The position numbers and the translations under genes are program-made. Source: a virus. Taken from it: a DNA stretch of 41,554 nucleotides. Under the pieces are notes generated by a model. That model had not been told where the DNA came from. It was given only the letters and a program-made list of their open reading frames with translations, and did not search any database. Shown here in pieces: positions 24,771-31,332 of the stretch (position 1 is its first letter; every line of letters begins with the position of its first letter). The stretch is taken from positions 1 through 41,554 of IMG/VR virus record IMGVR_UViG_3300045988_117571; one strand, given 5' to 3'.

Positions 24771-25166
24771 TCAGTCCTCCTTCTGGCCGCTTGCAACGGA
24801 CGGATAAAATCCTTTGCAGTTTTTCCCGGTACACCATCCGCGCATATCGGTGCATTTATCACACCTGTTTTTGCAGAAGATAGCAGGGTTTGGAACACCG
24901 CTTGTTACATAATCGACGAAATCCTCAATTAAAGCATCCCTCTCGGCTTTCACCTGCTCCAGCTCGGCCCGCAGCTTCTCATTTTCGGCCTTTAAGGCCG
25001 CATTGTCCTTCCCGCGCCGTTCCGCCCTGTTCTCCGCTAGGTTTTTCTCCGCCAACAACCTTCCCAGCTCGTGGACGGTGTCTGCCATGACCTGCCTGTT
25101 ATATTCCGTGGCATTCTCGTTCAGGGCGTATTCCAGCAGCCGGTTGGCCAGTATCTCAATATCCAT
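24771..25166 (-). CDS. Coiled-coil hypothetical protein with Cys-rich C-terminus
   Basis: 131 aa. The ATG at 25166 overlaps the upstream stop (TGATG). C-terminal motif: CKNRCDKCTDMRGWCTGKNC. Confidence 0.5.
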   Translation of the reverse strand: MDIEILANRLLEYALNENATEYNRQVMADTVHELGRLLAEKNLAENRAERRGKDNAALKAENEKLRAELEQVKAERDALIEDFVDYVTSGVPNPAIFCKNRCDKCTDMRGWCTGKNCKGFYPSVASGQKED

Positions 25167-25462
25167 CAGGTGTCCTCCTCCGCTGGTTGCTGGAGCCATG
25201 CCAGATAACTGGTTTTCAGGTCATCGATAAGATTACTCACCCCACAACGTGGCTCTCCCAAAAGGGAGACAAATATACCTGCGACAAATTTTGCAGTCCA
25301 ATCCGCAAGCTTCTCATCACCCATGGTCCGGATTTGGTCGGCGTTGGATAGCTTCTGCTCTGAGCAAGGGCCTATCACACAGTAGCTAATGGCGGTATCG
25401 TCCGAAAACTTCCGGCACTTTCCGTCTTTCTCAAAATAGATACATGGGTATTCTCCGCTCAT
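25166..25462 (-). CDS. Hypothetical protein
   Basis: 98 aa, translationally coupled on both sides. Confidence 0.5.
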   Translation of the reverse strand: MSGEYPCIYFEKDGKCRKFSDDTAISYCVIGPCSEQKLSNADQIRTMGDEKLADWTAKFVAGIFVSLLGEPRCGVSNLIDDLKTSYLAWLQQPAEEDT

Positions 25463-25788
25463 GCGTCCTCCTCTCCCTCCGGCGGGCGGCGGTAAATGGT
25501 TAACCCATCATTTTGCAGTTCCTCATCTGAGTAGTACGCGCGCCACCCGCCACCTGACAGTCTAAAAATCACTCTATGCAAGCCGTTCGGTGAATTTACC
25601 AGCGCCCACCACTGCAGCGGCTCTAACCACACTGGCTGCCCACCCATCTCCTCCAACTCGGCAAATGTCAGCGGCTCGTTCGGCGGGGTGAGGGTGGGCA
25701 TGGTTGGTATCTCGCAATCTTTTCCCGTGCATATAGCCCCACTCGCTTTGCATCGCTCACAAACAGCGTCAGCGTCAATCAACCGCAT
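25459..25788 (-). CDS. Hypothetical protein (MRLIDADA-type N-terminus)
   Basis: 109 aa with an ATGA-type overlap. Confidence 0.5.
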   Translation of the reverse strand: MRLIDADAVCERCKASGAICTGKDCEIPTMPTLTPPNEPLTFAELEEMGGQPVWLEPLQWWALVNSPNGLHRVIFRLSGGGWRAYYSDEELQNDGLTIYRRPPEGEEDA

Positions 25789-26008
25789 CTTTCAGCGCCT
25801 CCTTCGCCTCGTATTTCCGCTGATACCCTTCGCACAGATAGCTCTCAGTTTTCATCTTGGCCAGCCCCTCACCACGCGCATACACCTGACAGTAGGAGCA
25901 CCGGCTGGATTCCATGCCATGTTCGTTATAGCAGCAGTTGCTCCCGGCTCCGCGCCACCGGCATTTTATGCATTTGCAGCCCTTACAGCGCTTAGGTGTC
26001 ACTTGCAT
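25775..26008 (-). CDS. Cys-rich small hypothetical protein
   Basis: 77 aa with 11 Cys residues, including CKGCKCIKC and CSYC. Confidence 0.45.
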   Translation of the reverse strand: MQVTPKRCKGCKCIKCRWRGAGSNCCYNEHGMESSRCSYCQVYARGEGLAKMKTESYLCEGYQRKYEAKEALKDAVD

Positions 26009-26189
26009 ACGGCGCCTCCAATCTCAACGCTTCAGTCAAAAGCGACTGCACTTCTTCACTGATTCTTGCGTTGCTTTTTGCTAAACAACTGTCCAGATAA
26101 TTTTTGTCGTGATACGCCAGTGTTTCAATTGCGAGTGCAACACGGACATATTCCTCTGGTGTCTTGCATACACATTCAGGAGTTTTCAT
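25992..26189 (-). CDS. Small hypothetical protein
   Basis: 65 aa, with GGAGGCGC just upstream of the ATG. Confidence 0.45.
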   Translation of the reverse strand: MKTPECVCKTPEEYVRVALAIETLAYHDKNYLDSCLAKSNARISEEVQSLLTEALRLEAPYASDT

Positions 26190-26439
26190 GCAGCGCCTCC
26201 AATCTCTCCATCACCATGTCCACTGCCTCCTCCGGTAAAATTCCGCTTGCCTCAAATAAATAGTTGCACCATGGTTTATCTTCCGGTATCCCCTCTGTCA
26301 CTATGTCTCCGTTCGTGTGGATGTCGCTACATCCCATTTCGGCCAGTACTTTGACTAATTGCAAAAGGAATATATAAGTACCATCGCAAAGGCAGAAAAT
26401 GTGAAGCCGGTTATTCTCGTCTATGTAAGGTTTATACAT
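26176..26439 (-). CDS. Small hypothetical protein
   Basis: 87 aa from the ATG at 26439. The upstream part of the track ORF is Arg/Gly-rich and overlaps other genes. The C-terminal EEAVDMVMERLEAL resembles the C-terminus of the preceding gene. Confidence 0.45.
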   Translation of the reverse strand: MYKPYIDENNRLHIFCLCDGTYIFLLQLVKVLAEMGCSDIHTNGDIVTEGIPEDKPWCNYLFEASGILPEEAVDMVMERLEALHENS

Positions 26440-26609
26440 TTGTCCATCCTCTCCATCACCATCTGCACGGCCTCGTCCGTCATAGGAGCGCCGCAATGGG
26501 GACAAAAATCGCACTTGTAGGGATAGCTTTTCTCGCACCTTGTACAGCGGAAGATACCGCCTTTTCCATTCTTTCCAGCGCCGTACAGCTCCCACGCCCC
26601 CCCCTCCAC
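26421..26609 (-). CDS. Zinc-ribbon small protein; probable downstream half of a frameshifted gene
   Basis: 62 aa. Motif: CTRC...CDFCPHCGAPM. Its apparent GTG start lies inside a G8 run and has no RBS. Confidence 0.5.
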   Translation of the reverse strand: MEGGAWELYGAGKNGKGGIFRCTRCEKSYPYKCDFCPHCGAPMTDEAVQMVMERMDKCINLT

Positions 26610-26740
26610 ACCTTCTCCAACTGCTCCCGGCTGACGGGGCGGAGAGCGGAGAGGGCAACTTCTAAAGCATCTCGATACTGCTCGCTGTATGTAGTTGCAT
26701 GTATCTGAGACAAATAGCTAAACGCTTCTTTCCGCGTCAT
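26480..26740 (-). CDS. Small hypothetical protein; probable upstream half of a frameshifted gene
   Basis: The ATG at 26740 has AAAGGAGG 7 nt upstream. After the G8 run, the frame continues as implausible sequence that overlaps the zinc-ribbon ORF by 130 nt. Confidence 0.5.
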   Translation of the reverse strand: MTRKEAFSYLSQIHATTYSEQYRDALEVALSALRPVSREQLEKVWRGGRGSCTALERMEKAVSSAVQGARKAIPTSAIFVPIAALL

Positions 26741-26754
26741 GCTAATTCCTCCTT

Positions 26755-28146
26755 TCACTTGATGAAACCAAAATCAAATGTCCCTCCTTTAATCTCCTCT
26801 ATAATATCCTTCTTCTTCGTCAGTGACTTGTATATAGACTCGTCGATAGTGCCCTCGGCAATCAGGTGGACGAAGGACACCGGACGAGTTTGGCCGGGGC
26901 GGTATAACCGGGCCTTGGACTGCTCGTACAGAGCCAGGGAGTACGGGAGTGAGAAGTACACGGCGTAGTTGGCTTGGGTCATATCCACACCCTCGGCTCC
27001 CGCCTGTATTTGGACAGCCAGTACGGCCCCCTCGGAAAACTGCCAGTGCTCCAGCTCGTTCACCATGCCGGACATCTCATACACCATTCTACCGGCCCTT
27101 TCAGCGGCACGGGCCACTGCTTGCAGGTCATGTTTAAACACGCAGAACACTACCACAGGTGTGCTGCTGGGGAGATCCTGCAACATATCTACCAGGGTAT
27201 CCTCCTTTGCAGTATTAAGCTCCTCTGTCCTTTTAGGTTCCAAGGGGCTGTCCTGTACCTGACAAAACCCGGCGGCAATCTGCTGCAACCTGAGCATCTT
27301 TACTAACACGTTACCTGCTACCACTACGCCAGTAAACCCACACTCGGCCTTAAACTCTTTGGCCAGCTTCTTGGAGGTGGTCATGTCCTTCCCCGGTATC
27401 CGTACAGTTCGTTTAACCGGTGGTAGATATTCGGGGAGCTTAAGGCGGGACACCACATCCACCATTCTGCAGGAATAGGCGATGGACTGGAACTTCTCCT
27501 TCAACTCCTTCTGGTTCTTATACCCCACCACAAACCGGCGCTCGGGGCCCCCCATGATGGCGTATTGCTGTAGGAACTGGTTGTGGTTGGTCCCGAAAAT
27601 GGTGTTGTCTAGGAATCTATACTGACCATATACGTCGAGCGGGGAGTTGGCCATGGCGGTTCCGGAGAGACACATCTTGTACTGGACCCGCTTCCCCAGC
27701 ATAGCCAGGTACTTACTCACCTTGGATCCCGCCGCCTTGGCCCGGTGGCTCTCATCCAACACCACCATGTTGAAACGCCCCTTGAGTACCATATCCCCCA
27801 TAGGATACCGCCATACTACATCGTAGTTCATTACGGCGATCTGCTTTGTGGCCGGGGTGTTGTGGAGCCATTTTTCGAATGACTCCGCCTTGGCTTTCAC
27901 GGATCCCTTCTGCTCGTCCCAGCAGACCCACCCCGAAATGGGGGCGAACTTCTCCAAGTTCTGCCGCCATACCGGCACTATTGCCTTTGGGCATACCACT
28001 AGAACACGGTATACATCCTTACGGGCGAACATGGTGTCAATAGCTACCCTGGTTTTACCAGTACCCATATCCATGTCCAACATGCAGGAGGAGTGCTGTA
28101 GTGCGAACTGCAGCGCCTCCTCCTGGTTTTGCCATCTTTCTTGCAT
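26755..28146 (-). CDS. SNF2/DEAD-like superfamily-2 helicase
   Basis: 463 aa from the ATG at 28146 (GGAG 8 nt upstream); the track extension crosses the upstream gene. Motif I is DMGTGKT and motif II is VLDESHRAK. The C-terminal helicase domain contains LYRPGQ. Confidence 0.85.
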   Translation of the reverse strand: MQERWQNQEEALQFALQHSSCMLDMDMGTGKTRVAIDTMFARKDVYRVLVVCPKAIVPVWRQNLEKFAPISGWVCWDEQKGSVKAKAESFEKWLHNTPATKQIAVMNYDVVWRYPMGDMVLKGRFNMVVLDESHRAKAAGSKVSKYLAMLGKRVQYKMCLSGTAMANSPLDVYGQYRFLDNTIFGTNHNQFLQQYAIMGGPERRFVVGYKNQKELKEKFQSIAYSCRMVDVVSRLKLPEYLPPVKRTVRIPGKDMTTSKKLAKEFKAECGFTGVVVAGNVLVKMLRLQQIAAGFCQVQDSPLEPKRTEELNTAKEDTLVDMLQDLPSSTPVVVFCVFKHDLQAVARAAERAGRMVYEMSGMVNELEHWQFSEGAVLAVQIQAGAEGVDMTQANYAVYFSLPYSLALYEQSKARLYRPGQTRPVSFVHLIAEGTIDESIYKSLTKKKDIIEEIKGGTFDFGFIK

Positions 28147-28147
28147 G

Positions 28148-28696
28148 TTAATACTCCTCTCTGAACCAGTTGTGCTGACCGTCTCCACCGAAGTACAGGT
28201 ACTCACTGGTGGTGGCGTAAGGTTCCAGCACGTCAGCCTCCCCGCCGGTTCTCCACTCCGCGAGAACGTCCTGTGCCACTTTAACGCACTCATCATCCTC
28301 AGGCCAACTCTCGTTGTACCCATAAAACGCGTTGGGATATGTTACTATGTCCTCGATGGTGTCTCCCCATGTACCGTCATCCACACGGTTGCAGATGCAC
28401 CACGCCACAAGTCTCTTCTCAGCTTCCGAGCAACCCCGGGCCTCCCCGTATATCGTCTTGGCCACGAGAGCCACTTCCTCTTGGCTGTACAGGGGTGGGG
28501 GGTCCTCCTGTACCTCCCCCTTCTCCTGTACGACGGAGGGGCTTTCTGTGGCCACGACTGCGGTTTCTTCGTACTGGGGGGACTCTACACCTTCCGGCTT
28601 CTCCCCCGTAGCCACCATGCACATCACACACACCACAGTAATCACCTGCAGTACCAGCATGGTGGCAATCATCCCTCGTATCGTAATTTTCATCAC
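28148..28696 (-). CDS. Membrane-anchored SleB-like cell-wall hydrolase (Hydrolase_2 family)
   Basis: 182 aa. The N-terminus is a TM/signal anchor (MIATMLVLQVITVVCVMCMVA). The catalytic-domain pattern is AKTIYGEARGCS..EKRLVAWCICNRVDD..WGDTIEDIV..PNAF. Confidence 0.65.
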   Translation of the reverse strand: MMKITIRGMIATMLVLQVITVVCVMCMVATGEKPEGVESPQYEETAVVATESPSVVQEKGEVQEDPPPLYSQEEVALVAKTIYGEARGCSEAEKRLVAWCICNRVDDGTWGDTIEDIVTYPNAFYGYNESWPEDDECVKVAQDVLAEWRTGGEADVLEPYATTSEYLYFGGDGQHNWFREEY

Positions 28697-28742
28697 TCGT
28701 CCTCCTTTGCCCTCGTGACCTCCGGGGCGGGTTGGTGGTTTA

Positions 28743-28934
28743 TTATTTTACAGTTGCAACCCATTTTCCAGATTCGTCCCATGTGTAACTCCACTTCACA
28801 CCGAAGACCTGTAGCGTTTCGTCGATGGCTTTGATCTCCCGATCCGCCGGACTCCATCCAAATGGATCACCGCCCTGGATGCTCTCGGCTTTCAGTTTGG
28901 TCAGACGGTCCATGATTTCATTGATGCTTTTCAT
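28743..28934 (-). CDS. Small hypothetical protein
   Basis: 63 aa from the ATG at 28934, with GGGAGGG upstream. Confidence 0.45.
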   Translation of the reverse strand: MKSINEIMDRLTKLKAESIQGGDPFGWSPADREIKAIDETLQVFGVKWSYTWDESGKWVATVK

Positions 28935-28971
28935 TTTCTTTCCCTCCCGGACTGTCCTGTGGCCCCGGGGC

Positions 28972-29781
28972 TTAGAGCCCCAGGACCTTGGCCACGACCT
29001 TCTTACCCAGCTCGGTAAAAGCGATGTATTTGGCCTTCTTACCGTTGTCGTAGCTCCCAACGCTCACCACCAGGAGGTGTTTCTCGCGGAGGGTGCTGAC
29101 CATTGCCCCAATGGTCATAGGGCCCATTTTGTCGGAAAGCTCGTCGCACAGGATGTCGATCCAGAGGGCGCTGTCCAGCCCCCCAGTCCAGAACTGAGTT
29201 CTGGGGAGTTCCTTGATGAAGGCCACCTGCTTGGCGGTGAGGATCACACCCATGCCGTCCTCGACAAACTCTATGCCGCCAACCCGGACCTTCTTCTTGC
29301 GGGGGGCCTTGGTGCGTTGTTCCGCGTCGGCTCTGGAGTCGGCGTCACACCCGAAAATACTCATGGCCACCTTGCGGGTAATAGGGCCAAACTGTTCGAC
29401 GTAGGTGTTGTAGGTGTTGATGTCCCAGCACTCCACGGTGCTGTCCCCACCCTTGGAGTAGTGTTTCTTGGCCAACTCAATGAGCTCCTCGTAGGTGAGG
29501 CCCTTCTTGGTCTTCTCGGTCTTCATCATCTCTTTTTGGATGGCGGCAACCTCGGCATCCTCTTCCTCCTGGACCAAGCGCTCAATGGCCTCGTGCATCT
29601 TGGCGTCCATCCGGTCATCATGCTCCTGCATGGCTTTGGCGAACTCGTTCTTGCTGATGCGAGTGCTCTGTCGGTGCATCTTGCCGCCCTCCACAGGGTA
29701 AACGACGGTCTTGGTGCAGTAGCCGGTCTCGGGGTTCATGACGTACTCGATGTTGTCGATGGTGAACTTGTTGGTGTTCAT
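28972..29781 (-). CDS. Hypothetical early protein, first gene after a consensus promoter; possible C-terminal winged helix
   Basis: 269 aa with RBS TAGGAGG. The middle contains a basic patch (KAPRKKKVR). The C-terminus is MarR-like (MTIGAMVSTLREKHLLVV...YIAFTELGKKV). Confidence 0.55.
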   Translation of the reverse strand: MNTNKFTIDNIEYVMNPETGYCTKTVVYPVEGGKMHRQSTRISKNEFAKAMQEHDDRMDAKMHEAIERLVQEEEDAEVAAIQKEMMKTEKTKKGLTYEELIELAKKHYSKGGDSTVECWDINTYNTYVEQFGPITRKVAMSIFGCDADSRADAEQRTKAPRKKKVRVGGIEFVEDGMGVILTAKQVAFIKELPRTQFWTGGLDSALWIDILCDELSDKMGPMTIGAMVSTLREKHLLVVSVGSYDNGKKAKYIAFTELGKKVVAKVLGL

Positions 29782-29797
29782 TTTGTTGTCCTCCTAT

Positions 29798-29862
29798 TTG
29801 TCAAATGGGTGTTTTCCGTTCCTTCTATAAAAATTATAACACGGAAAATGCCCATTTGTCAA
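29798..29862. repeat. 22-bp inverted repeat flanking the -10 box (operator-like)
   Basis: The arms are TTGTCAAATGGGTGTTTTCCGT (29798..29819) and ACGGAAAATGCCCATTTGTCAA (29841..29862). 19 of 22 positions are complementary. The 21-nt spacer contains the -10 hexamer. Confidence 0.8.
29833..29862 (-). promoter_or_regulatory. Consensus promoter (minus strand) for the 28972..29781 operon
   Basis: Minus strand reads TTGACA-18 nt-TATAAT with an extended -10 (gtgtTATAAT). Confidence 0.7.
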
Positions 29863-29910
29863 TTGGCGGGTTGCACAAAGTTTTGGCCTCAAGTTTGGGC
29901 AAATTGCTAA

Positions 29911-30903
29911 TTACCAATCCCTGACTTGGAAAGCATCTCCCAGCTGCTCAATGTCCGGGAAGTTGTGGCACGCGGTTTTAATAGCATACTTATCTATTTC
30001 AGTAGCCCGGTATCTCTCTATGCGAACTCCGAGTTTGTTCAAGGCAATATGACCACAAGCCATCCCATCGTACATAGACAGCACGTCCAACCGTTCGGTG
30101 GTGATTCCGGGGCAGTGCGAGAGGATGTGCGCTATTACATCAACCGTCCAGCCGTTGCCCAGCATCTTGTACGCCTGCGTGTCGCTCACCGGAAATACGT
30201 AACTGTCCGGCACCGTCTGGAGGCGCTTGCACTCGGTCAAAGTTAAATGTCTGATGTACCAATAACCATCAAGTAAGTTTACCTTGAACTTTTCACCAGA
30301 AATCGAGATTTCACCATCACTTACCAGGTAAGTGCTTGTAATCTCACACCCATAGTTTTGAAGAACGAACGGAGAAATTGGTAGAATAACCATCTCGTCT
30401 TTTGCGTGTGCGGCCAGAAGTGTATTTGACTTTTCTGCATTCGGAAAATAAACATATGTTCCTTGCCTTGAGCCTCTTTTGTTTGCTTGGCGCATTCTGT
30501 CTTTTGTGGACATCAATGTTTGACCATCAATGATCTCGTACCGAACAGTCTCAAACGATTCCGGGATTTCTTCCAAAATGTCCCGCAGCAGAATGCCCTT
30601 ATTCTCCGGATGTTGTACGCCCGGAATATTCGTCCAGTACAGCCTTTGCCGGTTCTGCGCCGACACCAGCGCGGAGTTGATGCAGATAGGTTCCACACCC
30701 AGGCGCTTGGTGATCTCCTCCCGGATAGCCGCGGACATGCTCTTGTTGTTCTCGTACAGGAAATAGTTCGGCTTAAACTTGCCCAGGGCGATCAGGTAAT
30801 TTTCAAACAATTCCCATCCTATGCCGCTCGGCTCTGTTTCCCGGTTCTTGGTCTGCGCGATACTCCAGTGTGTACAAGGGGACCCGCCGATCAAAAGTCT
30901 CAT
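29911..30903 (-). CDS. DNA (cytosine-5) methyltransferase, circularly permuted motif order (IV-X then I-III)
   Basis: 330 aa from the ATG at 30903, with TAGGAGG upstream. Motif order from the N-terminus: IV GGSPCTHWS, VI FLYENNKSM, VIII SAQNRQRLYWTNIPG, IX LTLTECKRLQTVPDSY, X MLGNGWTVDVIAHIL. These are followed by I VLSMYDGMACG, II ATEIDKYAI and III QLGDAFQV at the C-terminus. Confidence 0.8.
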   Translation of the reverse strand: MRLLIGGSPCTHWSIAQTKNRETEPSGIGWELFENYLIALGKFKPNYFLYENNKSMSAAIREEITKRLGVEPICINSALVSAQNRQRLYWTNIPGVQHPENKGILLRDILEEIPESFETVRYEIIDGQTLMSTKDRMRQANKRGSRQGTYVYFPNAEKSNTLLAAHAKDEMVILPISPFVLQNYGCEITSTYLVSDGEISISGEKFKVNLLDGYWYIRHLTLTECKRLQTVPDSYVFPVSDTQAYKMLGNGWTVDVIAHILSHCPGITTERLDVLSMYDGMACGHIALNKLGVRIERYRATEIDKYAIKTACHNFPDIEQLGDAFQVRDW

Positions 30904-30930
30904 TATTGCACCTCCTAATGTGATACTGCA

Positions 30931-30960
30931 ATTATAACATGACAACCCGGCGTTTGTCAA
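30931..30960 (-). promoter_or_regulatory. Consensus promoter (minus strand) for the methyltransferase / leftward arm
   Basis: Minus strand reads TTGACA-18 nt-TATAAT with an extended -10 (catgtTATAAT). The spacer contains TGACAA-N8-TTGTCA. Confidence 0.7.
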
Positions 30961-31025
30961 GTACTCTTGCGTTGCAACACGCATTCGTGTTGTAATAATA
31001 CAACAACTGGTACAACTGACAAATC

Positions 31026-31063
31026 ATTCAAAAACGAGAGGCCCCGTCGTACGGGCACTCTCG
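31026..31063 (-). terminator. Candidate Rho-independent terminator, oriented for the minus strand
   Basis: Stem CGAGAG..CCCG / CGGG..CTCTCG (31035..31063) with a 5-nt loop. On the minus strand it is followed by TTTTTGAATGA. No T-run follows on the plus strand. Confidence 0.4.
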
Positions 31064-31111
31064 GGTTCGTGTGGTAATACAATATTGGTTGCAACCACGT
31101 TGGGTTGTGTT

Positions 31112-31156
31112 GTTGTATTGTATTGCAATTCTTTTTAGAATGCAATACAATACAAC
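31112..31156. repeat. Near-perfect inverted repeat IR-2 (arms GTTGTATTGTATTGCAATTCT / AGAATGCAATACAATACAAC, loop TTTT)
   Basis: Read by eye. It has a one-base bulge. It shares the 19-nt core atgcaatacaatacaacaa with IR-1. It lies about 40 nt upstream of the late promoter -35. Confidence 0.9.
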
Positions 31157-31194
31157 AATGCAACGTCGATATTACAACAAATACAATAACTATA

Positions 31195-31223
31195 TTGACA
31201 GAAGCCGCCGAGTGTGGTATAAT
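31195..31223 (+). promoter_or_regulatory. Consensus promoter (plus strand) for the terminase/structural arm
   Basis: TTGACA (31195..31200), a 17-nt spacer, then TATAAT (31218..31223), preceded by TGg (extended -10). Confidence 0.75.
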
Positions 31224-31332
31224 AAAAATAAAAAAGGAATGCAAGCAGTTCTAGATGTTGGAAGACGAGACCATTCCTGGTGGGACCCGTTCAAGAGAAT
31301 GTTTAAGGGGTATTTGAAGTAGGTGGGGTAAT

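Noticed and set aside
31071-31322. 83-aa plus-strand ORF in the control region, including a possible 27-aa leader peptide from the ATG at 31239 (MQAVLDVGRRDHSWWDPFKRMFKGYLK).
   Set aside because: - The long form runs through IR-2 and the -35/-10 boxes, so it would lie mostly upstream of the transcription start.
- The short form has its purine-rich stretch directly next to the ATG, with no spacing.
- It is treated as 5' leader sequence. Ribosome profiling could revisit this.
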